DNA from: Eledone cirrhosa
Taxonomy: Eukaryota
Direction of reading: 5' to 3'
DNA length: 64,000 nt
Assembly (NCBI GenBank): GCA_964016885.1
Contig: OZ024740.1
Span: forward strand, 165,416,001 to 165,480,000
The position numbers were made by a program, and so were the translations under genes. A model generated the notes under the pieces. It had not been told where the DNA came from, made no database searches, and was given only the letters and a program-made list of their open reading frames with translations. The first letter of the stretch is position 1, and each line of letters opens with the position of its first letter. This document shows, one piece after another, positions 39,167 through 49,470 of the stretch.

Positions 39167-42100
39167 CCTTGAATCTCAGTCATTGATGTTGGTTAACTGG
39201 AAAGTCCGTTGGATTGAATATCAAGCCACTACCTGCAGCCTCAGATATTCAGGACGTATCGGAGGGTTCTTGCTGTTCCAAGCAAGCATGCCTTTTGAAG
39301 CGTTCCAAAAAGCGTGAAGGGGCCGATTTTCTTCAACCATCCCTGGAAACCGTTGGAGATAGTCCCCAGTGTGCCTATGACAATCGGGATCACTTTGACT
39401 TCATGGCAGTTCCAAATCCTTTTCACCTCCCACTTTAGGTCCTGGTATCGGTTAATTTTCTCCCTCTCCTTCTCTTGCACTCTCGTGTCGAACGGGCAGG
39501 CCACATCCACAATCAGGCACGATCTTTTTTCTTTGTCCACAACCACCAGGTCAGGTCTATTGTGTTCCAGTTTTTTGTCCGTCTGTATCCTAAAATCCCA
39601 CAGCACCTTCACCTGACTGTTCTCCATCACCGCCTCTGGCCTATGCTCATACCATTTCTCAGAATGTGGTAGATTGTTTACTTTGCACAGGTGCCAGTGG
39701 ATCACCCTGCCCATCACATCGTGTCTCCAGCCCTTATAGTGGGTCTGGGCTAGGTGTTTACACTCGGACACAATGTGAGCCACAGTCTCCTCTCTCTCTC
39801 CACAGATCCTGCACAGTGGGCTAGCCTCCTCCTTGTAGATATGGTGCTTCAACCACTTCGTTTTGAGGGCCTGCTCCTGCGCAGCCATTAGCATTCCTTC
39901 TGTAGCCTTTTTGAGGTCTCCTCTTCTCAACCAGTTCCATGTCTGTGGATCTCTAAATTCAGTTTTCTCAAAGAAGGTACTATGAAGGGATTTTCCCTTA
40001 AGGCTGCTCTTCCTCCTTGATGTTATTTCCTCCTTGGATATCCCCTGGCCTACTGTCCCCTCCTTCAGTACAGCTCTGAGCATTGGCTCCTTACTATAGG
40101 TCACGTATTTGTATAGGTTGTTTTTCTCCATCTGAACACAGTCCTCTATGCTGATAAGACCTCTTCCACCCTCAGATCTCCTTAGGTAGAGTCTATCGAC
40201 ATCACTCCTCTTGTGGAACATGTTGTAGATAGTCAATAGCTTCCTAGTCTTCCTATCCATTTCTTTTTGTTCAGCAACATTCCATCTCAGAATTCCCGCA
40301 CTGTACCTAATAATAGACACAGCTCGGGAATTTACTGCGCTTATGGCATTTCTGCTGTTCAGATGTGACTTCAGTACGCTCCTTACTCTCCGAATGTATT
40401 CAGTTCTTAACAATTCCTTCATTTTTTTGTTCTTTATGCCATCAGCCTCCAGAACGCCCAAATACTTGTATCCTTCCTCAGAGTCAATTTCCTTTATCAT
40501 CTCACCTGTTGGTATCTGGATCCCGTTACTTCTGCTCAACCTACCCCTCTTCATCACAATGACTCCACATTTACCAATACCAAACTGCATACATATATCA
40601 CTGCTGAAAATACGGACAGTGTCAACAAGCACATCCAACTCCTTCTCATTTTTCCCGAAGAGCTTAAGATCGTCCATGAAGAGGAGGTGATTGATGGTAA
40701 GCTCTCCCCTTCCCAACTTGTATCCTGCTCTCACTTTTCGCAGCATAATGGTCAAGGGCATCAGGGCAAGGACAAACAACAGAGGGGACAGGCTATCTCC
40801 CTGGAAGATACCTCTCTTGATCTTCACGCTTCCCAAGGATACTCCAGTTGATGTCAACTCTGTTTCCCAGGACCCCATACTCCTGCCCAGCAACTGTCTG
40901 ATGTTATCTGCCACCCTGAAGATCTCCAGGCTTTTGGTGATCCAAGAATGAGGCACCATGTCAAATGCCTTTCTGTAGTCTATCCATCCCATGGCAAGAT
41001 CAGTGTGTCTCCTCCTGCAATTCCCCATTACCATCTTATCAATAAGCAACTGGTCCTTTGTACCACGTGACTTCTTTCGGCATCCTTTCTGTTCGTCCGG
41101 TAACAAGTTGTTTGTGTGGAGGTGATGGTAGATTTCCTCAGACACAATGCTCGTCAACAGTTTCCACATTACGGGCAGACATGTGATAGGTCTATAGTTG
41201 GTAACATCATTACCCTTGATTCGGTCTTTCATTATCAGAACTGTGGTACCTTTTGTCAACCACTCTGGCACCTCACCCGACACCAAGCAGTCATTGAACA
41301 TGGCCGTCAGCTTCGGGTGGAGGGATGTTAAATGTTTAATCCAATACACCTGCACACCATCTGGGCCTGGTGATTTCCAGTTGGTTAGTTTTTTGGCTTT
41401 CCCCTTAAGAGTTTCAACTGTGATACTCAAATCAGTCTGTTGCTGTGCCTGCTCACCGATCTCCCTCTGTACTGTCTCAATCCACCCTGCCTGGGCATTG
41501 TGTCTAACATCCTGCTCCCATATTCCTCTCCAGAATGTTTTAGCTTGTTCCGCCCCAGGGATCAAGTCGTTGCCTCTTTCTTTCCCCTCAAGCTGTCCAA
41601 ACAGCATCTTCTGGTTGTTGTCGAACATGCGGTTCTGTTTATACTGACTGACTCTGTTCTCGTATCGCCTGATTTTGGCACTCTTTGCTACAATGCGTTG
41701 CTTCAATTCCTCTATGATAATATTTAGCTTTTTACTCCTAGTTTTGTATTTTATTTCCAGTCTATTTTTAGTGCCTATGTTTTTTAGTGTCCCATTCAGT
41801 AGTGACTCAAGCTTTCCTATGTCATTTCTCATTTCCCCGATTTGCCCACTCAGTCGCTTCTTCCACCACGGCTCTGCTCTTTTTTGTCTGTTGTTTCCTC
41901 TCGCTTTTATACCAAGTAGTTTCCTAACCGTATTTGCTGTTGCTTTGAGGATATTGTTGCACTGGTGAAGACTCCTCGCCTCAAGGTATGGGATGACTTT
42001 GTTTACCTTAGCTGTTGTTTCTTTTAACTTTTTCCTGTCTACAAATCTTAGGTTCATAGGTCTCCCACTATCATTGTTCAACTCATCTACCACTAAATTT

Positions 42101-43619
42101 AGGATGTCAACCGAATCTTGTCCTAGCCCGTCAGCATTCATCTCCTCAGTGGCCGTATCTCTGTTCCAGGTATTATTTATCTCAGTATTCAGATCATTGT
42201 CTGCTTCGGGTGGTTCCTCCGTTCTCAGGACCTCCTCACCTTCATTTCCCGCCGGCTCGCTTGTCTGGCATACTACACCCGCCATCTCCAAGCCATTCTC
42301 TCTGCTCAGTTCCTCCAGTTCCAGCTCGCTTATCCACCCATTAGTTCTTATTACCCGAGCCTGCCCGGCCAATTTTTGTTCATCTAATTTAAATAAACCA
42401 ATCTCGTTCCAGATGTTATGCATCCGTCTCCTGTGGCCCCTCTCCTTGGGGTTACTTTTCAGGTAGCATTGCATAACAGTTCTATTCAATTCTTTCGTCC
42501 AGTTGGTTCTGGCCCCTTTCCTTCTTCTTCTTCCTCCAACATCAGCAGTATTTGGTTGACAGTCAGGTTCCTGCTGCTGAGCCAGGGGGCACCTGTTGGG
42601 TGAGAGTCTGTCACATGACGTTCTAGTCTCCATTTCACCGTTATTCGAACTGTTTATGTTCGATATTTAAACACTCTTATCGAGGATTGGCGAATGTATG
42701 TTTACCTAGCCATCTGTGGATCCGCCATCCCACTTGGCCCTTGTGTGGCATTATCACCACGCTGTATACGAACACACATAAACAAACAAACACACGGGCA
42801 GAAAGGGCCCCAAAAATGAATAAGCATAAGTTTCATTGTAATGTAGTATTCGAATGTCTGACTTAGTTTTTGTTTTTTAAGTTTTACTTTTTCCCCCCTC
42901 TTCTCTGTCTGTCCGCCTGCTTCTCTCTTCATTCTTATTTTCTTTACGTTTTTGGGGTTTCTTTTTTTGTTTTTGTTTTTCTCTGTTTGTTTTTCTCGTT
43001 TTTTGCTGTTGTTGCTGTGCTGCTTTGGTTTTGTTGTTTGTTTTTTCTTTTTTCTTTTGAGTCTATCTATATATTTTGATGCCTTCCTCTTTGTTAGTAG
43101 TAGGAATTCTATAATGTGGAAGTGGCAGCCAGCAGAGACTGGCGGCGTTGGCGATACTGAGACAGTGGTGGTGGTGATGTCGATACCGAGGCAGTGGTGG
43201 CGGTGATGCGACCGTATTACTGTAGTGATGGTGCTGTAGCGGTGGCAGCAGCAGTGAAGGAGTCAAGGGGTGGTGGCGGCGGTGAAGGGATAGTGGTGGT
43301 AATGATGGCCGTAGTGAGCGGTGGCGGTGAAGGTGAAAATGCTGTTGTGTTTAGTGTACACAGATGATGGGGTGGGTGGTGTATCTAGTTTCTGGTGTTG
43401 GTGAGTTTAGCTGTCCTATATAGTGTAGCCAGAGGAGAGGAGGGGGGGGGGGGTTCTTCTTCTTCCATTTATAGCCATTTTTTTGGGGGGCTCAAGCCGG
43501 GTGCTTTACGTAGCATTTGTACTAAGAGTTGTTATTTCACAAATGATTTAAATATGTTAAAAATTCAAAACTTACGGGAGCGATTTCATGACCTCCGTCA
43601 CCTCGTGCGTCTTCTTCCC
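39167..43619 (-). mobile_element. R4/Dong-like RLE retrotransposon copy 2 (full-length)
   Basis: ~985-bp 5' region, intact ORF and ~75-bp 3' UTR. (TAA)n on both sides. Confidence 0.96.
39241..42633 (-). CDS. R4-clade polyprotein: N-terminal Myb-like region, reverse transcriptase, CCHC finger, restriction-like endonuclease (1130 aa)
   Basis: WKSPGPDG, YRPITCL, WIDYRKAFD, GIFQGDSLSPLLF, LFMDDLKL, YKYLG, CRICG...ETVAHIVSEC, RHD and RPDLVV..IVDVACP..EKINRY. Confidence 0.96.
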   Translation of the reverse strand: METRTSCDRLSPNRCPLAQQQEPDCQPNTADVGGRRRRKGARTNWTKELNRTVMQCYLKSNPKERGHRRRMHNIWNEIGLFKLDEQKLAGQARVIRTNGWISELELEELSRENGLEMAGVVCQTSEPAGNEGEEVLRTEEPPEADNDLNTEINNTWNRDTATEEMNADGLGQDSVDILNLVVDELNNDSGRPMNLRFVDRKKLKETTAKVNKVIPYLEARSLHQCNNILKATANTVRKLLGIKARGNNRQKRAEPWWKKRLSGQIGEMRNDIGKLESLLNGTLKNIGTKNRLEIKYKTRSKKLNIIIEELKQRIVAKSAKIRRYENRVSQYKQNRMFDNNQKMLFGQLEGKERGNDLIPGAEQAKTFWRGIWEQDVRHNAQAGWIETVQREIGEQAQQQTDLSITVETLKGKAKKLTNWKSPGPDGVQVYWIKHLTSLHPKLTAMFNDCLVSGEVPEWLTKGTTVLIMKDRIKGNDVTNYRPITCLPVMWKLLTSIVSEEIYHHLHTNNLLPDEQKGCRKKSRGTKDQLLIDKMVMGNCRRRHTDLAMGWIDYRKAFDMVPHSWITKSLEIFRVADNIRQLLGRSMGSWETELTSTGVSLGSVKIKRGIFQGDSLSPLLFVLALMPLTIMLRKVRAGYKLGRGELTINHLLFMDDLKLFGKNEKELDVLVDTVRIFSSDICMQFGIGKCGVIVMKRGRLSRSNGIQIPTGEMIKEIDSEEGYKYLGVLEADGIKNKKMKELLRTEYIRRVRSVLKSHLNSRNAISAVNSRAVSIIRYSAGILRWNVAEQKEMDRKTRKLLTIYNMFHKRSDVDRLYLRRSEGGRGLISIEDCVQMEKNNLYKYVTYSKEPMLRAVLKEGTVGQGISKEEITSRRKSSLKGKSLHSTFFEKTEFRDPQTWNWLRRGDLKKATEGMLMAAQEQALKTKWLKHHIYKEEASPLCRICGEREETVAHIVSECKHLAQTHYKGWRHDVMGRVIHWHLCKVNNLPHSEKWYEHRPEAVMENSQVKVLWDFRIQTDKKLEHNRPDLVVVDKEKRSCLIVDVACPFDTRVQEKEREKINRYQDLKWEVKRIWNCHEVKVIPIVIGTLGTISNGFQGWLKKIGPFTLFGTLQKACLLGTARTLRYVLNI

Positions 43620-43660
43620 TTATTATTATTATTATTATTATTATTATTGTTATTGTTATT

Positions 43661-46600
43661 CCTTGAATCTCAGTCATTGATGTTGGTTAACTGGAAAGTC
43701 CGTTGGATTGAATATCAAGCCACTACCTGCAGCCTCAGATATTCAGGACGTATCGGAGGGTTCTTGCCGTTCCAAGCAAGCATGCCTTTTGAAGCGTTCC
43801 AAAAAGCGTGAAGGGGCCGATTTTCTTTAACCATCCCTGGAAACCTTTGGAGATAGTCCCCAGTGCGCCTATGACAATCGGGATCACTTTGACTTCATGG
43901 CAGTTCCAAATCCTTTTCACCTCCCACTTTAGGTCCTGGTATCGGTTAATTTTCTCCCTCTCCTTCTCTTGCACTCTCGTGTCGAACGGGCAGGCCACAT
44001 CCACAATCAGGCACGATCTTTTTTCTTTGTCCACAACCACCAGGTCAGGTCTATTGTGTTCCAGTTTTTTGTCCGTCTGTATCCTAAAATCCCACAGCAC
44101 CTTCACCTGACTGTTCTCCATCACCGCCTCTGGCCTATGCTCATACCATTTCTCAGAATGTGGTAGATTGTTTACTTTGCACAGGTGCCAGTGGATCACC
44201 CTGCCCATCACATCGTGTCTCCAGCCCTTATAGTGGGTCTGGGCTAGGTGTTTACACTCGGACACAATGTGAGCCACAGTCTCCTCTCTCTCTCCACAGA
44301 TCCTGCACAGTGGGCTAGCCTCCTCCTTGTAGATATGGTGCTTCAACCACTTCGTTTTGAGGGCCTGCTCCTGCGCAGCCATTAGCATTCCTTCTGTAGC
44401 CTTTTTGAGGTCTCCTCTTCTCAACCAGTTCCATGTCTGTGGATCTCTAAATTCAGTTTTCTCAAAGAAGGTACTATGAAGGGATTTTCCCTTAAGGCTG
44501 CTCTTCCTCCTTGATGTTATTTCCTCCTTGGATATCCCCTGGCCTACTGTCCCCTCCTTCAGTACAGCTCTGAGCATTGGCTCCTTACTATAGGTCACGT
44601 ATTTGTATAGGTTGTTTTTCTCCATCTGAACACAGTCCTCTATGCTGATAAGACCTCTTCCACCCTCAGATCTCCTTAGGTAGAGTCTATCGACATCACT
44701 CCTCTTGTGGAACATGTTGTAGATAGTCAATAGCTTCCTAGTCTTCCTATCCATTTCTTTTTGTTCAGCAACATTCCATCTCAGAATTCCCGCACTGTAC
44801 CTAATAATAGACACAGCTCGGGAATTTACTGCGCTTATGGCATTTCTGCTGTTCAGATGTGACTTCAGTACGCTCCTTACTCTCCGAATGTATTCAGTTC
44901 TTAACAATTCCTTCATTTTTTTGTTCTTTATGCCATCAGCCTCCAGAACGCCCAAATACTTGTATCCTTCCTCAGAGTCAATTTCCTTTATCATCTCACC
45001 TGTTGGTATCTGGATCCCGTTACTTCTGCTCAACCTACCCCTCTTCATCACAATGACTCCACATTTACCAATACCAAACTGCATACATATATCACTGCTG
45101 AAAATACGGACAGTGTCAACAAGCACATCCAACTCCTTCTCATTTTTCCCGAAGAGCTTAAGATCGTCCATGAAGAGGAGGTGATTGATGGTAAGCTCTC
45201 CCCTTCCCAACTTGTATCCTGCTCTCACTTTTCGCAGCATAATGGTCAAGGGCATCAGGGCAAGGACAAACAACAGAGGGGACAGGCTATCTCCCTGGAA
45301 GATACCTCTCTTGATCTTCACGCTTCCCAAGGATACTCCAGTTGATGTCAACTCTGTTTCCCAGGACCCCATACTCCTGCCCAGCAACTGTCTGATGTTA
45401 TCTGCCACCCTGAAGATCTCCAGGCTTTTGGTGATCCAAGAATGAGGCACCATGTCAAATGCCTTTCTGTAGTCTATCCATCCCATGGCAAGATCAGTGT
45501 GTCTCCTCCTGCAATTCCCCATTACCATCTTATCAATAAGCAACTGGTCCTTTGTACCACGTGACTTCTTTCGGCATCCTTTCTGTTCGTCCGGTAACAA
45601 GTTGTTTGTGTGGAGGTGATGGTAGATTTCCTCAGACACAATGCTCGTCAACAGTTTCCACATTACGGGCAGACATGTGATAGGTCTATAGTTGGTAACA
45701 TCATTACCCTTGATTCGGTCTTTCATTATCAGAACTGTGGTACCTTTTGTCAACCACTCTGGCACCTCACCCGACACCAAGCAGTCATTGAACATGGCCG
45801 TCAGCTTCGGGTGGAGGGATGTTAAATGTTTAATCCAATACACCTGCACACCATCTGGGCCTGGTGATTTCCAGTTGGTTAGTTTTTTGGCTTTCCCCTT
45901 AAGAGTTTCAACTGTGATACTCAAATCAGTCTGTTGCTGTGCCTGCTCACCGATCTCCCTCTGTACTGTCTCAATCCACCCTGCCTGGGCATTGTGTCTA
46001 ACATCCTGCTCCCATATTCCTCTCCAGAATGTTTTAGCTTGTTCCGCCCCAGGGATCAAGTCGTTGCCTCTTTCTTTCCCCTCAAGCTGTCCAAACAGCA
46101 TCTTCTGGTTGTTGTCGAACATGCGGTTCTGTTTATACTGACTGACTCTGTTCTCGTATCGCCTGATTTTGGCACTCTTTGCTACAATGCGTTGCTTCAA
46201 TTCCTCTATGATAATATTTAGCTTTTTACTCCTAGTTTTGTATTTTATTTCCAGTCTATTTTTAGTGCCTATGTTTTTTAGTGTCCCATTCAGTAGTGAC
46301 TCAAGCTTTCCTATGTCATTTCTCATTTCCCCGATTTGCCCACTCAGTCGCTTCTTCCACCACGGCTCTGCTCTTTTTTGTCTGTTGTTTCCTCTCGCTT
46401 TTATACCAAGTAGTTTCCTAACCGTATTTGCTGTTGCTTTGAGGATATTGTTGCACTGGTGAAGACTCCTCGCCTCAAGGTATGGGATGACTTTGTTTAC
46501 CTTAGCTGTTGTTTCTTTTAACTTTTTCCTGTCTACAAATCTTAGGTTCATAGGTCTCCCACTATCATTGTTCAACTCATCTACCACTAAATTTAGGATG

Positions 46601-48111
46601 TCAACCGAATCTTGTCCTAGCCCGTCAGCATTCATCTCCTCAGTGGCCGTATCTCTGTTCCAGGTATTATTTATCTCAGTATTCAGATCATTGTCTGCTT
46701 CGGGTGGTTCCTCCGTTCTCAGGACCTCCTCACCTTCATTTCCCGCCGGCTCGCTTGTCTGGCATACTACACCCGCCATCTCCAAGCCATTCTCTCTGCT
46801 CAGTTCCTCCAGTTCCAGCTCGCTTATCCACCCATTAGTTCTTATTACCCGAGCCTGCCCGGCCAATTTTTGTTCATCTAATTTAAATAAACCAATCTCG
46901 TTCCAGATGTTATGCATCCGTCTCCTGTGGCCCCTCTCCTTGGGGTTACTTTTCAGGTAGCATTGCATAACAGTTCTATTCAATTCTTTCGTCCAGTTGG
47001 TTCTGGCCCCTTTCCTTCTTCTTCTTCCTCCAACATCAGCAGTATTTGGTTGACAGTCAGGTTCCTGCTGCTGAGCCAGGGGGCACCTGTTGGGTGAGAG
47101 TCTGTCACATGACGTTCTAGTCTCCATTTCACCGTTATTCGAACTGTTTATGTTCGATATTTAAACACTCTTATCGAGGATTGGCGAATGTATGTTTACC
47201 TAGCCATCTGTGGATCCGCCATCCCACTTGGCCCTTGTGTGGCATTATCACCACGCTGTATACGAACACACATAAACAAACAAACACACGGGCAGAAAGG
47301 GCCCCAAAAATGAATAAGCATAAGTTTCATTGTAATGTAGTATTCGAATGTCTGACTTAGTTTTTGTTTTTTAAGTTTTACTTTTTCCCCCCTCTTCTCT
47401 GTCTGTCCGCCTGCTTCTCTCTTCATTCTTATTTTCTTTACGTTTTTGGGGTTTCTTTTTTTGTTTTTGTTTTTCTCTGTTTGTTTTTCTCGTTTTTTGC
47501 TGTTGTTGCTGTGCTGCTTTGGTTTTGTTGTTTGTTTTTTCTTTTTTCTTTTGAGTCTATCTATATATTTTGATGCCTTCCTCTTTGTTAGTAGTAGGAA
47601 TTCTATAATGTGGAAGTGGCAGCCAGCAGAGACTGGCGGCGTTGGCGATACTGAGACAGTGGTGGTGGTGATGTCGATACCGAGGCAGTGGTGGCGGTGA
47701 TGCGACCGTATTACTGTAGTGATGGTGCTGTAGCGGTGGCAGCAGCAGTGAAGGAGTCAAGGGGTGGTGGCGGCGGTGAAGGGATAGTGGTGGTAATGAT
47801 GGCCGTAGTGAGCGGTGGCGGTGAAGGTGAAAATGCTGTTGTGTTTAGTGTACACAGATGATGGGGTGGGTGGTGTATCTAGTTTCTGGTGTTGGTGAGT
47901 TTAGCTGTCCTATATAGTGTAGCCAGAGGAGAGGAGGGGGGGGGGTTCTTCTTCTTCCATTTATAGCCATTTTTTTGGGGGGCTCAAGCCGGGTGCTTTA
48001 CGTAGCATTTGTACTAAGAGTTGTTATTTCACAAATGATTTAAATATGTTAAAAATTCAAAACTTACGGGAGCGATTTCATGACCTCCGTCACCTCGTGC
48101 GTCTTCTTCCC
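43661..48111 (-). mobile_element. R4/Dong-like copy 3 (full-length, tandem, near-identical to copy 2)
   Basis: Offset of 4494 bp from copy 2. Its translation differs from copy 2 at only two residues near the C-terminus. Confidence 0.96.
43735..47127 (-). CDS. R4-clade RT-RLE polyprotein (1130 aa)
   Basis: Same motifs as 39241-42633, with no stops. Confidence 0.96.
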   Translation of the reverse strand: METRTSCDRLSPNRCPLAQQQEPDCQPNTADVGGRRRRKGARTNWTKELNRTVMQCYLKSNPKERGHRRRMHNIWNEIGLFKLDEQKLAGQARVIRTNGWISELELEELSRENGLEMAGVVCQTSEPAGNEGEEVLRTEEPPEADNDLNTEINNTWNRDTATEEMNADGLGQDSVDILNLVVDELNNDSGRPMNLRFVDRKKLKETTAKVNKVIPYLEARSLHQCNNILKATANTVRKLLGIKARGNNRQKRAEPWWKKRLSGQIGEMRNDIGKLESLLNGTLKNIGTKNRLEIKYKTRSKKLNIIIEELKQRIVAKSAKIRRYENRVSQYKQNRMFDNNQKMLFGQLEGKERGNDLIPGAEQAKTFWRGIWEQDVRHNAQAGWIETVQREIGEQAQQQTDLSITVETLKGKAKKLTNWKSPGPDGVQVYWIKHLTSLHPKLTAMFNDCLVSGEVPEWLTKGTTVLIMKDRIKGNDVTNYRPITCLPVMWKLLTSIVSEEIYHHLHTNNLLPDEQKGCRKKSRGTKDQLLIDKMVMGNCRRRHTDLAMGWIDYRKAFDMVPHSWITKSLEIFRVADNIRQLLGRSMGSWETELTSTGVSLGSVKIKRGIFQGDSLSPLLFVLALMPLTIMLRKVRAGYKLGRGELTINHLLFMDDLKLFGKNEKELDVLVDTVRIFSSDICMQFGIGKCGVIVMKRGRLSRSNGIQIPTGEMIKEIDSEEGYKYLGVLEADGIKNKKMKELLRTEYIRRVRSVLKSHLNSRNAISAVNSRAVSIIRYSAGILRWNVAEQKEMDRKTRKLLTIYNMFHKRSDVDRLYLRRSEGGRGLISIEDCVQMEKNNLYKYVTYSKEPMLRAVLKEGTVGQGISKEEITSRRKSSLKGKSLHSTFFEKTEFRDPQTWNWLRRGDLKKATEGMLMAAQEQALKTKWLKHHIYKEEASPLCRICGEREETVAHIVSECKHLAQTHYKGWRHDVMGRVIHWHLCKVNNLPHSEKWYEHRPEAVMENSQVKVLWDFRIQTDKKLEHNRPDLVVVDKEKRSCLIVDVACPFDTRVQEKEREKINRYQDLKWEVKRIWNCHEVKVIPIVIGALGTISKGFQGWLKKIGPFTLFGTLQKACLLGTARTLRYVLNI

Positions 48112-48152
48112 TTATTATTATTATTATTATTATTATTATTGTTATTGTTATT

Positions 48153-49401
48153 CCTTGAATCTCAGTCATTGATGTTGGTTAACTGGAAAGTCCGTTGGAT
48201 TGAATATCAAGCCACTACCTGCAGCCTCAGATATTCAGGACGTATCGGAGGGTTCTTGCCGTTCCAAGCAAGCATGCCTTTTGAAGCGTTCCAAAAAGCG
48301 TGAAGGGGCCGATTTTCTTTAACCATCCCTGGAAACCTTTGGAGATAGTCCCCAGTGCGCCTATGACAATCGGGATCACTTTGACTTCATGGCAGTTCCA
48401 AATCCTTTTCACCTCCCACTTTAGGTCCTGGTATCGGTTAATTTTCTCCCTCTCCTTCTCTTGCACTCTCGTGTCGAACGGGCAGGCCACATCCACAATC
48501 AGGCACGATCTTTTTTCTTTGTCCACAACCACCAGGTCAGGTCTATTGTGTTCCAGTTTTTTGTCCGTCTGTATCCTAAAATCCCACAGCACCTTCACCT
48601 GACTGTTCTCCATCACCGCCTCTGGCCTATGCTCATACCATTTCTCAGAATGTGGTAGATTGTTTACTTTGCACAGGTGCCAGTTGATCACCCTGCCCAT
48701 CACATCGTGTCTCCAGCCCTTATAGTGGGTCTGGGCTAGGTGTTTACACTCGGACACAATGTGAGCCACAGTCTCCTCTCTCTCTCCGCAGATCCTGCAC
48801 AGTGGGCTAGCCTCCTCCTTGTAGATATGGTGCTTCAACCACTTCGTTTTGAGGGCCTGCTCCTGCGCAGCCATTAGCATTCCTTCTGTAGCCTTTTTGA
48901 GGTCTCCTCTTCTCAACCAGTTCCATGTCTGTGGATCTCTAAATTCAGTTTTCTCAAAGAAGGTACTATGAAGGGATTTTCCCTTAAGGCTGCTCTTCCT
49001 CCTTGATGTTATTTCCTCCTTGGGTATCCCCTGGCCTACTGTCCCCTCCTTCAGTACAGCTCTGAGCATTGGCTCCTTACTATAGGTCACGTATTTGTAT
49101 AGGTTGTTTTTCTCCATCTGAACACAGTCCTCTATGCTGATAAGACCTCTTCCACCCTCAGATCTCCTTAGGTAGAGTCTATCGACATCACTCCTCTTGT
49201 GGAACATGTTGTAGATAGTCAATAGCTTCCTAGTCTTCCTATCCATTTCTTTTTGTTCAGCAACATTCCATCTCAGAATTCCCGCACTGTACCTAATAAT
49301 AGACACAGCTCGGGAATTTACTGCGCTTATGGCATTTCTGCTGTTCAGATGTGACTTCAATACGCTCCTTACTCTCCGAATGTATTCAGTTCTTAACAAT
49401 T
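48153..49401 (-). mobile_element. R4/Dong-like copy 4 (5'-truncated, ~1.25 kb)
   Basis: C-terminal 390 codons plus 3' UTR. The 5' junction runs directly into (TTA)n. Confidence 0.95.
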
Positions 49402-49426
49402 ATTATTAATATTATTATTATTATTA

Positions 49427-49470
<44 letters not shown>

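Noticed and set aside
39314-42603. Recurrent plus-strand ORFs inside Dong copies
   Set aside because: They are antisense shadows that recur only because the copies are near-identical, and show no recognisable motifs.
42670-42770. HDV-like ribozyme in the Dong 5' UTR (TCCTCG motif)
   Set aside because: I could not build the P1/P2/P3 nested pseudoknot, and the motif is not at the 5' terminus.
43555-43619. Spliced-leader RNA gene (short exon + GT + U-rich Sm-like site) as an insertion target
   Set aside because: The segment travels with the element, contains an ATG and has a matching cis acceptor downstream. A cis intron is simpler.
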